Shown here: one piece after another, positions 20,653 through 29,739 of the stretch | How the letters are laid out: each line of letters opens with the position of its first letter | Position numbering within the stretch: position 1 is the stretch's first letter | Virus record (IMG/VR): IMGVR_UViG_3300013104_000002 | Location: 64,001-128,000 of that record | DNA: 64,000 bases | Strand: one strand, 5' to 3' | DNA from: a virus | Translations under genes and position numbers: made by a program | Notes under the pieces: generated by a model | What the model saw: only the letters and a program-made list of their open reading frames with translations | Database searches by the model: none | What the model was told of the DNA's origin: nothing

Positions 20653-20737
20653 GGCGAGAGGTACTGAGAAAAAAGTAGTGACATAACTAAGATGTCGAAA
20701 TTATTGCCTGAGCAACCTAAACATGCACTCTCTCGCT
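20653..20737 (-). ncRNA. Putative structured intergenic RNA
   Basis: Closing stem GCGAGAG(A)GTGC/GTAC-CTCTCGC on the minus strand; internal hairpins TTGC-tcag-GCAA and GACAT-cttagtt-ATGTC. Confidence 0.45.
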
Positions 20738-20742
20738 TCAAA

Positions 20743-21051
20743 TCAGTTTTCTATTTTCAATCTTTGATGCCCGCTCAACCAATGATGAAGCTGTTCTTCT
20801 GCTCTTTTATATTGTGGCGAGTTGTGGCTTTTTCTTAAGTTATCTATTTTTAACCTTTTATGGAGAAATGAACAGAATGCTCTTATGTGTATCCCCATCT
20901 TTTCTGCTTTAGGGTCTTCCAGCTTTAAAAGAATAAACTTATAAAATGCCTTGTACAAATCCTCTACTTCTTCTCTAGGCATTTTTCTTCGTTCTGCATA
21001 ACGATCTATTAAATCCTGCTCTGTATAGTATTCTATGAATCTACTTTCCAT
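20743..21051 (-). CDS. HU/IHF-like DNA-binding protein
   Basis: DLIDRYAERRKMPREEVEDLYKAF helices followed by IHIRAFCSF (HU arm-like pattern). Confidence 0.6.
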   Translation of the reverse strand: MESRFIEYYTEQDLIDRYAERRKMPREEVEDLYKAFYKFILLKLEDPKAEKMGIHIRAFCSFLHKRLKIDNLRKSHNSPQYKRAEEQLHHWLSGHQRLKIEN

Positions 21052-21401
21052 AATACGGCTAATAATGCTGTCTTATTGTTATGTATGTACAGTTTTATTA
21101 ACTGTTCGAAAATGTTGTGTAACTCTTTTCCGTTTCTGTGGTCTTTATTTATTAGAATTCCTTTGTCAGATAATCTTTTTATCAATTGACCATAATTTTC
21201 TTTGGAAGTTTTGTAATTTATAAGGAATCTTTTTTTAGACTGTTCATTTACTCCTCCGCTTGCTAATAGTTCACATAATAAATCCAGTTCCCTGGCTGTA
21301 ACATCAGCAAAATTAAATATACAGACTGTTTGTACAATCTGCCTTATTGCAACTTCTTTATTTTCAGAACTAATTAACGAGATACAGTCTTTATTATTCA
21401 T
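21033..21401 (-). CDS. Putative winged-helix DNA-binding protein
   Basis: VTARELDLL...SKENYGQLIKRLSDKGIL. Confidence 0.5.
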   Translation of the reverse strand: MNNKDCISLISSENKEVAIRQIVQTVCIFNFADVTARELDLLCELLASGGVNEQSKKRFLINYKTSKENYGQLIKRLSDKGILINKDHRNGKELHNIFEQLIKLYIHNNKTALLAVLWKVDS

Positions 21402-21690
21402 TGATCTTACAGAATATTCTTTTTGCAGTAGGTAGTGAATATGTGTCTTTTACTATACCAAAACCTTCTATTTTTATTTCTGGGTCTAATCCATTTTGAT
21501 TTACTAAAATAAAATCTCCTTCTTTTATTTCCAATTGCTGTCTTCCTACTTTTATAACTTCAAATCTACGTAGACCTTGTTTTTCATGGGGCATGTTACT
21601 ATTACTCCATATATCATTTTCTATTTTTGATTCTAACTTACTTAACTTAAAGACAATTTCTTCACCTAAAAAATCTAATTTATCTATCAT
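21394..21690 (-). CDS. groES: GroES-like co-chaperonin
   Basis: 98 aa; L.FLGEEIV...FEVIKVG....EIKEGDFILV resembles Cpn10. Confidence 0.65.
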   Translation of the reverse strand: MIDKLDFLGEEIVFKLSKLESKIENDIWSNSNMPHEKQGLRRFEVIKVGRQQLEIKEGDFILVNQNGLDPEIKIEGFGIVKDTYSLPTAKRIFCKINE

Positions 21691-22052
21691 CTCTTTTTAA
21701 ATTGCTGTGTTTTAATATATTTAAATGCGCGTTCTTGCTTGTAATTATATGATCTGCGTTTAGTTAATTTATCTTCCCAGTAATTAGGATCTTCTTGTAT
21801 TTTAGTAACCATGTTAACTATTTTTTTTCGTATAGGTCTAACATAATATCCGTGAAAACTTGTTCGATAAATCTGTTTTATGTCTGTTTTGTAGAAAAAT
21901 ACTAGTAACCTTCTATTTTCGTAATCATTTAAAAGGCAAACTATAACTCCTTCAAATCTTAAAATAATCATTCCTTTTTTCTTTGATCGGCGTATCATTC
22001 TGTGAGTATAACCAAGAAGAAAGTAAAGATATTTATAATATTTTTCTAACAT
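21687..22052 (-). CDS. Basic hypothetical protein
   Basis: 121 aa; first gene of the minus-strand block. Confidence 0.5.
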   Translation of the reverse strand: MLEKYYKYLYFLLGYTHRMIRRSKKKGMIILRFEGVIVCLLNDYENRRLLVFFYKTDIKQIYRTSFHGYYVRPIRKKIVNMVTKIQEDPNYWEDKLTKRRSYNYKQERAFKYIKTQQFKKR

Positions 22053-22069
22053 TTTTATTCTTTATATTG

Positions 22070-22102
22070 CAAATATAAGGTACTTATTTGATATCTCTAC
22101 AA
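22070..22102 (-). promoter_or_regulatory. Bacteroidota sigma70-type promoter for the late block
   Basis: Minus strand TTG...TATATTTG about 18 nt before the ATG at 22052. Confidence 0.65.
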
Positions 22103-22239
22103 TTTTTTATGTTATATTTTTGTTAAACTTTTATTTTTCATTTAAAATTCATTTTTTGGGTCGAAAGTTTTGACAAATAATCTAATAGATTTGGAGGTTA
22201 AAAAAATATTTTGTAATTTAGCGGACTAAAGAAAGAAAA

Positions 22240-22527
22240 ATGTATTATCAGGAAGAACAAAATTTAAGGAGCAGATTAGGATATTCAGAATTTAACGAGA
22301 TATTTTATGAGCTCTTAGATACTTATATAACAACATCATTGGTGCATGTAGAAGCAAATAAAGAGTTTTATGATGATGTAATTTTTAAGATGTTTGATGT
22401 TTATCAAAGAGATAACAAAGAATATTCAGTTAAAGAATTAGTTTTATTTTTCCATATATTTCTTCACTCAATGTTTAAAAATAAACCAAGTACAGATAGA
22501 AATGAAGATGAAATAACTTTAATTTAA
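22240..22527 (+). CDS. Hypothetical protein
   Basis: 95 aa; first gene of the plus-strand block. Confidence 0.6.
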   Translation: MYYQEEQNLRSRLGYSEFNEIFYELLDTYITTSLVHVEANKEFYDDVIFKMFDVYQRDNKEYSVKELVLFFHIFLHSMFKNKPSTDRNEDEITLI

Positions 22528-22588
22528 AAATAAATTTGGAAGTTACAATTTAATTTCGTATCTTCGCGCATGTAAAGATGAAAGTTAG

Positions 22589-22706
22589 TATTTATATTAG
22601 TTGTGACGATTTAATATAAGTAGAAAAAATATAAAAAGAAAAGTCCTTTAGAGAATCAAAAAGCAATTATCGTCACCCTGAATTGCTGGTTCTTTAGAGG
22701 CTTTCT
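22589..22706 (+). promoter_or_regulatory. Two-hairpin kissing-loop RNA leader
   Basis: Hairpin 22589-22622 has loop TTGTGACGAT; hairpin 22640-22704 has loop ATCGTCACCCTG; the loops are complementary over 8 bp. Confidence 0.65.
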
Positions 22707-22717
22707 CATTTTATACT

Positions 22718-23656
22718 ATGAACAAAATATTTAGATTACCATCAAGGCTTTTTTATGACCTATGGGACAAGGGAAATAACTTCTCTGGTCTTACTGGCGA
22801 AAAGCTTATTGCGGTATACTCTATTTTAAAAAGTTCGAGAGAAAAAGAAGTAAAATATTATTCATATAAATCAAAAAACAATAAAATAATTAGTGGTTAC
22901 TCTTTATTAAGAGCAAAGACTAATTTAAGTCTACATGTAATTCAAAAATATGTTCCTGTTTTAATTGAAATGGGACTATGTTTTATTGATAAAAATGGAG
23001 ATTTTGTTTTACTGGGTAATGAAAAGGTAAAAGAATTATATAACTGTACTAAATTAGTTCCTATTCGTATAGGAAGAAATTTAATTGATACGGCGGATAA
23101 TATTTTATCTGTTAAACTTTTTGCAGCCGAAAAACAACAAAAATTACAATACAAAAAAAGACTAACTCGAAGTGAAATTATAAAGCAAGGGGTTGATCCA
23201 AAAAATTCACAACAATTGAAGAAAGCTCAATCTGTTTTGAAAAGATTTGGTGATATTACTAATTTAAACGAGAAAACTGTTTTATCTGTAGAGGGATTTG
23301 CTGTTCTTAAACATGGCGCGGAAAATAATTTAAAAAATATTAAATCAAGCGGTAATTACATTAAAAGAAAACTTAAAATTAAGGGGCTTGTTAAAACTAA
23401 AAGACAATTTGAAAAAATACAAAAAATGTCTTATGAAGATTATCTTAATTTTAAAAAATTAGGAATGCTAACTTATAGACATACCTATTCAAATGGTTTC
23501 TTAGTAGAAGAAAAAATTTCATCGTTTTCACCTGTTGATTTAATTACTACAAAAGAAGAAAAAATAGTTGAACCTGTTATTATTAAATCTGAATACAATA
23601 ATAAGCCTTATTTAGAGTTTGATATGATTGGGTTCTGGATTAACGGAAAAGGATAA
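22718..23656 (+). CDS. Basic DNA-binding protein with two HTH-like regions (possible replication initiator)
   Basis: 312 aa, K-rich; LLRAKTNLSLHVIQKYVPVLIEMGL and SSGNYIKRKLKIKGLV look winged-helix-like; own promoter and structured leader. Confidence 0.45.
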   Translation: MNKIFRLPSRLFYDLWDKGNNFSGLTGEKLIAVYSILKSSREKEVKYYSYKSKNNKIISGYSLLRAKTNLSLHVIQKYVPVLIEMGLCFIDKNGDFVLLGNEKVKELYNCTKLVPIRIGRNLIDTADNILSVKLFAAEKQQKLQYKKRLTRSEIIKQGVDPKNSQQLKKAQSVLKRFGDITNLNEKTVLSVEGFAVLKHGAENNLKNIKSSGNYIKRKLKIKGLVKTKRQFEKIQKMSYEDYLNFKKLGMLTYRHTYSNGFLVEEKISSFSPVDLITTKEEKIVEPVIIKSEYNNKPYLEFDMIGFWINGKG

Positions 23657-23718
23657 AGCGTACCCTTGCTTTAAGTAGGTATAAAGTTTTTCCACGGACT
23701 ATAAAAAACTTAAATAAA

Positions 23719-23750
23719 TTTGCATATTAAAAATAAATATATTATATTTG
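23719..23750 (+). promoter_or_regulatory. Bacteroidota promoter
   Basis: TTTG-N20-TATATTTG. Confidence 0.8.
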
Positions 23751-23765
23751 CTTAAAATAAATAAT

Positions 23766-24239
23766 ATGAAAATAGAATATAAAAAAGACGGAATACAAAT
23801 AGGAAAAGAATTTTTTAGTTTAGAGAATATTACTAAGAAATGTAATGAAGTAAAAGTAAATGAACAGGAATTAGTCATTTTAACTATGGGATGGGAAGGA
23901 AGAGGAGGAAACGCTTACGAACAAAGAGTGTTACCTTTAAAAAATGCTTTAGAATTACAATCTATTTTACTAGACAGAGAAGTTTATTTTGGAGAAATTT
24001 GGGGAAAACACTCCGAAGTTTATGGAGATATGTGTAAAGACACTTTTGAAATAGAGAGAAATGAAAATGAAGTAAAAAAGTTTTTGAAAAGTCATCCTAG
24101 TGGAGTTGATTATAATCATAGCTTTATCGATACTTATACTAATAGAATAATGGAATATTTAGACGAAGATCCCGATAGTTTGCAAGAAGATGAGAATGAA
24201 GAATTAGTAGATAAAATTTACTCATTATTAAATTACTAA
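23766..24239 (+). CDS. Hypothetical protein
   Basis: Contains VYFGEIWGKHSEVYG; the ATG at 23766 lies downstream of the promoter. Confidence 0.65.
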   Translation: MKIEYKKDGIQIGKEFFSLENITKKCNEVKVNEQELVILTMGWEGRGGNAYEQRVLPLKNALELQSILLDREVYFGEIWGKHSEVYGDMCKDTFEIERNENEVKKFLKSHPSGVDYNHSFIDTYTNRIMEYLDEDPDSLQEDENEELVDKIYSLLNY

Positions 24240-24240
24240 A

Positions 24241-24540
24241 ATGTTATATAAGAGAGAAGAGTGGAAACAATATAGTGAAAGACTAAAATCCTGGAATTAT
24301 ACAGAAGAAGAAATAGAAGATATAAGAGAGGTTAGAGAAAATTTAGATAATTGTCCAGACGATCAATTTAAAGAACTTGTAGCGCAAGGAGTAGTAGTTA
24401 GAACGCGTAAATTAAAAAAGAAAAGAAATTACTACGTAAACGAGGAGGGTCAGTTCTTGTATTTAGACAGTTATAAACGTAAATATTTAATAGCAGGGTA
24501 TTTTAAAACAGAAGATGATAACGGTAGTAAACAAGTATAA
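24241..24540 (+). CDS. Hypothetical protein
   Basis: 99 aa ORF in the operon. Confidence 0.6.
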   Translation: MLYKREEWKQYSERLKSWNYTEEEIEDIREVRENLDNCPDDQFKELVAQGVVVRTRKLKKKRNYYVNEEGQFLYLDSYKRKYLIAGYFKTEDDNGSKQV

Positions 24541-24847
24541 GCACAGTCCTACTGAAAATGATGTTTATATAGGTAGAGGCAGTATTTTGGGAAATATCTT
24601 TACTTCAATACAAGACAGGAAAACTAAAGCAGAGTTTGTTTGTAAATCGGTAGAAGAAAGTATAGAAAAGCATAAACAAAAATTGTTAAAAGATATTGAA
24701 AACAAAAATTCTGATATATGTACAGAACTAAATAGGATATACAAATTATCTTTAAAACAAGATGTAAATTTAGTATGTTTCTGTAAACCTAAAAAATGTC
24801 ATGGAGACACAATTAAAGAAATCATAGAATCAAAAATATATGGATAA
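24515..24847 (+). CDS. DUF4326 family protein
   Basis: VVN...DVYIGRGS.LGN.F...LVCFCKPKKCHGD.I. Confidence 0.85.
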   Translation: MITVVNKYKHSPTENDVYIGRGSILGNIFTSIQDRKTKAEFVCKSVEESIEKHKQKLLKDIENKNSDICTELNRIYKLSLKQDVNLVCFCKPKKCHGDTIKEIIESKIYG

Positions 24848-25046
24848 TAGGTTACAAAAATTAATTTCAACGCATAGATTAATCTGCGGGGAAGTATTTC
24901 ACGAATTAAACGAACTGAGTAAAATAGATATATCTAAGTTCAATAAAATAGATAAAGAAGATATTGAAAAATCTATTGAAAATTTATCTGAAGAGTTATC
25001 GCTTAGAAAAGCGTTTTTGTCTGATTTGGAAACTTTAATAGACTAA
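24840..25046 (+). CDS. Hypothetical protein
   Basis: 68 aa, coupled. Confidence 0.55.
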   Translation: MDNRLQKLISTHRLICGEVFHELNELSKIDISKFNKIDKEDIEKSIENLSEELSLRKAFLSDLETLID

Positions 25047-25048
25047 CT

Positions 25049-25306
25049 ATGGATAATTTATTTATTGATGCCGCAGAAGATGCAATAGTAAAACACACAA
25101 GAATTATAGAAGAACTCGAAAATTTGATATCTATTAAAAGAGAAGATTTTAGAATAGTTGATAACCAAACGGAAAAAGAAGTCACTGGTTTAGATTTAAA
25201 AAGTTTTATAGAATTGAACATAATTAAGAAAGCCCGCACAATAAAAGAGAATATGGTAGATATTGAAACTTGTTATAAACAAATGGAACTTTTTAGTAAA
25301 ATTTAA
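25049..25306 (+). CDS. Hypothetical protein
   Basis: 85 aa, coupled. Confidence 0.55.
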   Translation: MDNLFIDAAEDAIVKHTRIIEELENLISIKREDFRIVDNQTEKEVTGLDLKSFIELNIIKKARTIKENMVDIETCYKQMELFSKI

Positions 25307-25311
25307 AAATC

Positions 25312-25500
25312 ATGATGCACGTAAACGAATTAACATTTGAAGGAGAAACCCCTTGGATAAAAGCTATGAATGAGTCTAATTATTATTGGACAAAATATTG
25401 CGACGAAAGTCTAAGTAAAGAAGAGCAACATAAAAACTTTACTTTATGGCAAGATATTAGAATGGATATTGAGATGGGACTTTATGGTAATAATTCATAA
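25312..25500 (+). CDS. Hypothetical protein
   Basis: 62 aa. Confidence 0.5.
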   Translation: MMHVNELTFEGETPWIKAMNESNYYWTKYCDESLSKEEQHKNFTLWQDIRMDIEMGLYGNNS

Positions 25501-25504
25501 CTTA

Positions 25505-25741
25505 ATGGGATATTGGAATTACAGAATATTAGTAGATATTTATTATAATGAAGAGTTTTTTCAAATCCATGAAGTTTATTATGATGATGAAGGTAAGGTA
25601 AATGGATATGGAGAAAATTCTGTTTCAATTTATACAGAGGAAGGATTAGATGGAGTTAAGTGGCAATTAGATATGATGAATAAAGCATTGGATAAACCAA
25701 TTTTATGGGGAGGTGAAAGATTTCCAGAAGAATATAATTAA
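25505..25741 (+). CDS. Conserved small phage protein (WNYR...IHEVYY family)
   Basis: MGYWNYRI...QIHEVYYD...M.KALDKPIL. Confidence 0.7.
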   Translation: MGYWNYRILVDIYYNEEFFQIHEVYYDDEGKVNGYGENSVSIYTEEGLDGVKWQLDMMNKALDKPILWGGERFPEEYN

Positions 25742-25747
25742 TTTACT

Positions 25748-26122
25748 ATGCCAGCCAAAAATAAAGAAACAGGAGAAAAACTACTTATACGTAATTTTAA
25801 AGATGGCAGTAGCCACTTCTGGTGTGGATTTGCACATTTTTATCTAGATGAAAACAATAATCTTTTATGGGCATCTGGAGAACAAGATAATCCACAGTAC
25901 AGAACTGCTATGGAAGCATATATAAAACGCAATAAGAAGAGTTTTAAGCCACGTTTACAAGTTATTGAGGTTGATTATAGGTAAGTTATTCCTTTTGGAG
26001 CTGATAAAGGTAAACGAGTTGATGAGGTAGAGAAAAAGCTGTTAAAATGGATGTTACAAAAATATACATTCAAACCTGGCGAAGAAAAACTAAAAGAAGA
26101 GATAATAAGATATTTAAAATGA
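25748..26122 (+). pseudogene. ORF split by an in-frame TAA; C-terminal part has a DUF3820/ExoX C-terminal-like motif
   Basis: After the TAA at 25982-25984 the same frame continues VIPFGADKGKRVDEVEKKLLKW... to a TGA at 26120-26122 that overlaps the next ATG (26119). Confidence 0.6.
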
Positions 26123-26310
26123 TAGCAACAAAATGTAAAAAGTGCCAACAAATAGGATATTGTGTTTGTAGATTTTCGGCAAAAATAGTTAAAACAGAAG
26201 ATATTAAAGAACTAAAACAAATACTTTACGAATATTCAGGATATTCTTTTGACAGAATACTAAAAGAATGGAGTGATAATTTAAGTGTATATTCTCAAAT
26301 AAATGATTAA
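26119..26310 (+). CDS. Small Cys-containing protein
   Basis: MIATKCKKCQQIGYCVC; start inferred from the ATGA overlap. Confidence 0.5.
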   Translation: MIATKCKKCQQIGYCVCRFSAKIVKTEDIKELKQILYEYSGYSFDRILKEWSDNLSVYSQIND

Positions 26311-26312
26311 AA

Positions 26313-26498
26313 ATGAAAATAGAAATTACAGAAGATAAAAGTAATAAAATGATTTCAATATATGTATTAGACAAGTGTTTATTTGAAGGAAATTACTGGG
26401 ATTTTGATAGAAGTGGAAAAGGATTTAAAAAACTTTTTGAAAGTGCGGGAATAAAAGTTGAAATAGAAGAAAAACCATATGAAGAGTGGTATGATTAG
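26313..26498 (+). CDS. Hypothetical protein
   Basis: 61 aa. Confidence 0.55.
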   Translation: MKIEITEDKSNKMISIYVLDKCLFEGNYWDFDRSGKGFKKLFESAGIKVEIEEKPYEEWYD

Positions 26499-26874
26499 AA
26501 AATATAGTAAAAAAGGATTAGAAAAACGTAAAGAAGAGCGAAAAGACTTTCCAGAATTTTTTCAGAAGCATATTGAAATAGCAAAAAATAAATTTTGCGA
26601 AGAATGTGGAGAAAAATTAAAAGGAAATTCCAGCGAAATAGCCCACATACTTCCAAAATCTTATTATAAGTCTATAAGTACTAACGATAATAATATAATT
26701 TATTTATGCGGAATTTATTCAGAAAACCAATGCCATACAAATTTCGATAATTACGATGAAAAAAAATTCAAAAAAATGCATTGTTATTCAAAAATAAGTA
26801 GTATCTTTACAGAATTAGAAAAAGAAATTACAGAAAAAATAACTTATAAAACCTACGATAGGTATACAGATTAA
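26491..26874 (+). CDS. HNH-fold nuclease (zinc-binding)
   Basis: CEECG...AHILPK...N...LC......CH..FD. Confidence 0.75.
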   Translation: MIRKYSKKGLEKRKEERKDFPEFFQKHIEIAKNKFCEECGEKLKGNSSEIAHILPKSYYKSISTNDNNIIYLCGIYSENQCHTNFDNYDEKKFKKMHCYSKISSIFTELEKEITEKITYKTYDRYTD

Positions 26875-26876
26875 AT

Positions 26877-27854
26877 ATGGCTACATTAGAGGAAACACTT
26901 AAAAAACTGAATAAAAATAAAAAAGAAGAAGATAAAATCGACAGACTTGGAGATAAAATTATTATAAGCACTAAAACTTCTACTGGAAGCCCTTATTTAG
27001 ATTACCTAACTGGTGGTGGTTTTGCGAATGGTGGATATAACCATATTATTGCTTCTGGTGGTGTAGGTAAAAGTTCAATATCCTTATTAGCATGTAAAGA
27101 TACAATTGAGAGGCGAAAAAAAGTTGCTGTATATTTCGATGCTGAGGGAACATTAAATGAGTCGTATTTTCAAAGAATGAATGTAAATAAAGAAAATTTC
27201 ATTCATATTAAAGGCAGAAATCTTGAAGATATGTTAGATCAAGCAGAAGCATTTGCACAAACAGATGAAGTAGGGATAATTGTATTTGATTCAATCCCTA
27301 TTTTTGTACCTACAGCAGTCCAAGAAAAATCTGCATCAGAAAACAGTATAGGAAATGCTGCTAAAAGATACACGGAACGCATGCCTATTGTTGAAGGATT
27401 TGCAATGAACAGAGATATATGTCTTTTAGGATTAACTAGTTATAAGCTTAACCCAGGCGCAATGGGTTCTGACCCGCGCACACTACCAAGGGGTGAATGG
27501 CAAAAAACTATGGCAAACGTTACTTTAGATTTAACTAAAAAAGAAATGCTAAAAGACGATAAAAAGAATATCGTTGGGCATATTGTAGATGTAAGGGTTA
27601 AAAAAAGTAAAAATAGTGCTTATGATCCAAAAGCAGTTTTTAATATAAATTTTTATAATGATGGAGGATTTAATGAAATCGATGAATATGCTCAAATATT
27701 TACTGAATTAGAAATTGCTAAATCAGGAGGAGCTTGGATTAGTTTTCCAGATAGATTTAGTGAAGAAAAGAAAGTAAACGGCTTAGCAAAATTTATAGAG
27801 TATTTAAAGGCAAATCCAGAAGATTTTGAATTTCTAAAACAACAAGTAGTATGA
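26877..27854 (+). CDS. recA: RecA/UvsX-like recombinase
   Basis: STGSPYLD...GGGF, Walker A ASGGVGKSS, YFDAEG, Walker B IIVFDS, VKKSK, KSGGAW. Confidence 0.92.
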   Translation: MATLEETLKKLNKNKKEEDKIDRLGDKIIISTKTSTGSPYLDYLTGGGFANGGYNHIIASGGVGKSSISLLACKDTIERRKKVAVYFDAEGTLNESYFQRMNVNKENFIHIKGRNLEDMLDQAEAFAQTDEVGIIVFDSIPIFVPTAVQEKSASENSIGNAAKRYTERMPIVEGFAMNRDICLLGLTSYKLNPGAMGSDPRTLPRGEWQKTMANVTLDLTKKEMLKDDKKNIVGHIVDVRVKKSKNSAYDPKAVFNINFYNDGGFNEIDEYAQIFTELEIAKSGGAWISFPDRFSEEKKVNGLAKFIEYLKANPEDFEFLKQQVV

Positions 27855-28279
27855 GACCTTTAGAAGATATATTAAACGATTACGAAGAATTAAGAGAATC
27901 TTATAGAAATTTTACCAGAACAGGAGATAGTAACAAAAATAGTCTTATAGAATTTCAGGGAAGATTTATAGATATTAAAGCTGATCTAAAATATTGGAGA
28001 GTTAAATATACTCATGAATGGACTAGAAGGGACGACAAAGCTGCCACAGCGATCAAATTTAGAATAGCAGTTGCTATGACCAGAGGAGAGTACCCAACAG
28101 GAGACGAAGAAACTAAATTACCTACGATTACTAATGCTGAAAAATTAGCCAGTGGCTCTAAAGAATACAGAGAATTTGTGGAACAAAGAGGTTTTTATAA
28201 AGAATCTTTGACAAATTTAAGTGACACTAGAGAAGATATTAATTCGTATATTAACGAGATAAAAGACAGATTAAAATAA
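27851..28279 (+). CDS. UvsY-like recombination mediator (putative)
   Basis: 142 aa, helical, directly downstream of the RecA-like gene; AEKLASGSKEY. Confidence 0.45.
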   Translation: MRPLEDILNDYEELRESYRNFTRTGDSNKNSLIEFQGRFIDIKADLKYWRVKYTHEWTRRDDKAATAIKFRIAVAMTRGEYPTGDEETKLPTITNAEKLASGSKEYREFVEQRGFYKESLTNLSDTREDINSYINEIKDRLK

Positions 28280-28281
28280 AT

Positions 28282-28647
28282 ATGTTACACATAATCTACA
28301 TATATGTAATAATTAATAGTTTTATAACTTCTAATTACTTATTTGACAGTTTCAATGATGATGGATTCTTAAAGAAGATACTTATTTTTCTGTTTTTATT
28401 CTTTTTTGGAGCGATTTTTATACTGTTATACTTAATTTTTCAAATCCCTATTTTTGAGTGGTTAAAAAATGAAATTAAATTTATATATCATTTTTATTTA
28501 AGTGACTATTGGAAAAATGCGATAGAAAATAATGAAGAAAGAAGTAAAGAATCAGTACTAGAAATATTAAGTACTTTTGCAAAAAATAGTAATAAACAAA
28601 GCAAAAGACATAACAGATTAATACAGAATAGGTATGAGCAGATTTAA
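28282..28647 (+). CDS. Membrane protein
   Basis: Two N-terminal TM segments. Confidence 0.6.
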   Translation: MLHIIYIYVIINSFITSNYLFDSFNDDGFLKKILIFLFLFFFGAIFILLYLIFQIPIFEWLKNEIKFIYHFYLSDYWKNAIENNEERSKESVLEILSTFAKNSNKQSKRHNRLIQNRYEQI

Positions 28648-28782
28648 ATGGTATAGAAAATTATTAGGAGGAACTTGGTACAAACATGAAAATACCTTTC
28701 AGTTACCAGGTTTAATATTTGATTATTTTTGGGCTAGATACAATGAATTAAATAGATATACAAAAGTAATAGATATAGAAGA

Positions 28783-29205
28783 ATGGCAATAAAAAAGAAT
28801 AAGATTATACATTGGAAATACGGAAATGAAATTATAGATGATATTTGTAAAACTCCAGAAGGAAGTATCTCTTTTATTTATAGAATTACTTTAGAAGATG
28901 GTAGATACTATTTAGGCAGAAAGACAATGAAAAAGCCTAATTATACTAGCGGTAAGATGAAAGGACAATGTAAAGGCGAGTATAGCTGGCGTAGTTATAC
29001 AGGGTCTTCAAAAGAACTAACTGCACTAATTAAATCTGGAATAAAGTATGAAAAAGAAATTCTAAAATTTTGCTATTCAAAAGCTGAAACTACTTATGAA
29101 GAAACAAAAACCATACTTTGTTCAGGAGCTTTAACAGATCCTAACTGTTTTAATTTTTGGATAAAAGCTACAGTATACTCGAAACACTTAAAAGAAAACA
29201 GTTAA
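28783..29205 (+). CDS. GIY-YIG endonuclease, T4 endonuclease II (DenA)-like
   Basis: FIYRIT....YYLGRK...WRSYTGSSKEL...EKEILKFC.SK.E.TY.E...N.WI. Confidence 0.8.
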   Translation: MAIKKNKIIHWKYGNEIIDDICKTPEGSISFIYRITLEDGRYYLGRKTMKKPNYTSGKMKGQCKGEYSWRSYTGSSKELTALIKSGIKYEKEILKFCYSKAETTYEETKTILCSGALTDPNCFNFWIKATVYSKHLKENS

Positions 29206-29206
29206 T

Positions 29207-29674
29207 ATGAACTACGATAGTAAAGCAGATACATTAGAGCATATTAAAAGAGTAAGTGAATTACTAGGAGAATGTGCAATAAAATTAATAAAAAGAGCAT
29301 CATTACATGATAATTCAAAATTAGAAAGCCCAGAAAAAGAAGGTTTTGATAAAATGACCCCTATTTTAAAGAATTTAGTTTTTGGCACACCTGAATATAC
29401 AGGATCTCTAAAAGAGCTTGAAGTAACCCTAGAGCATCATTATGCAAATAACAGCCATCATCCACAGCATTATAAAAACGGAGTAAATGGAATGGATTTG
29501 TTTGATGTCATAGAAATGTTTATGGACTGGAAAGCAGCAGGAGAAAGGAATAAGAATGGAGATATTTATAAGTCAATTTTAATTAATAAAGATAGATTTA
29601 ATATTTCTGAACAGTTATGTGATATTTTTAAAAATACAGCCGATAATTTAGATTGGTATTTTGTAGAAAAATAA
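29207..29674 (+). CDS. DUF5662 family HD-like protein
   Basis: T.EHI.RV...LHDNSK...HHYANNSHHPQHY...EM.MDW.AA. Confidence 0.75.
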   Translation: MNYDSKADTLEHIKRVSELLGECAIKLIKRASLHDNSKLESPEKEGFDKMTPILKNLVFGTPEYTGSLKELEVTLEHHYANNSHHPQHYKNGVNGMDLFDVIEMFMDWKAAGERNKNGDIYKSILINKDRFNISEQLCDIFKNTADNLDWYFVEK

Positions 29675-29739
29675 ATTAAAAAAGTCTTGCGTATATCAAA
29701 TAAATTCCCTAAGTTTACAGTAATAAATAAAATATCAAA

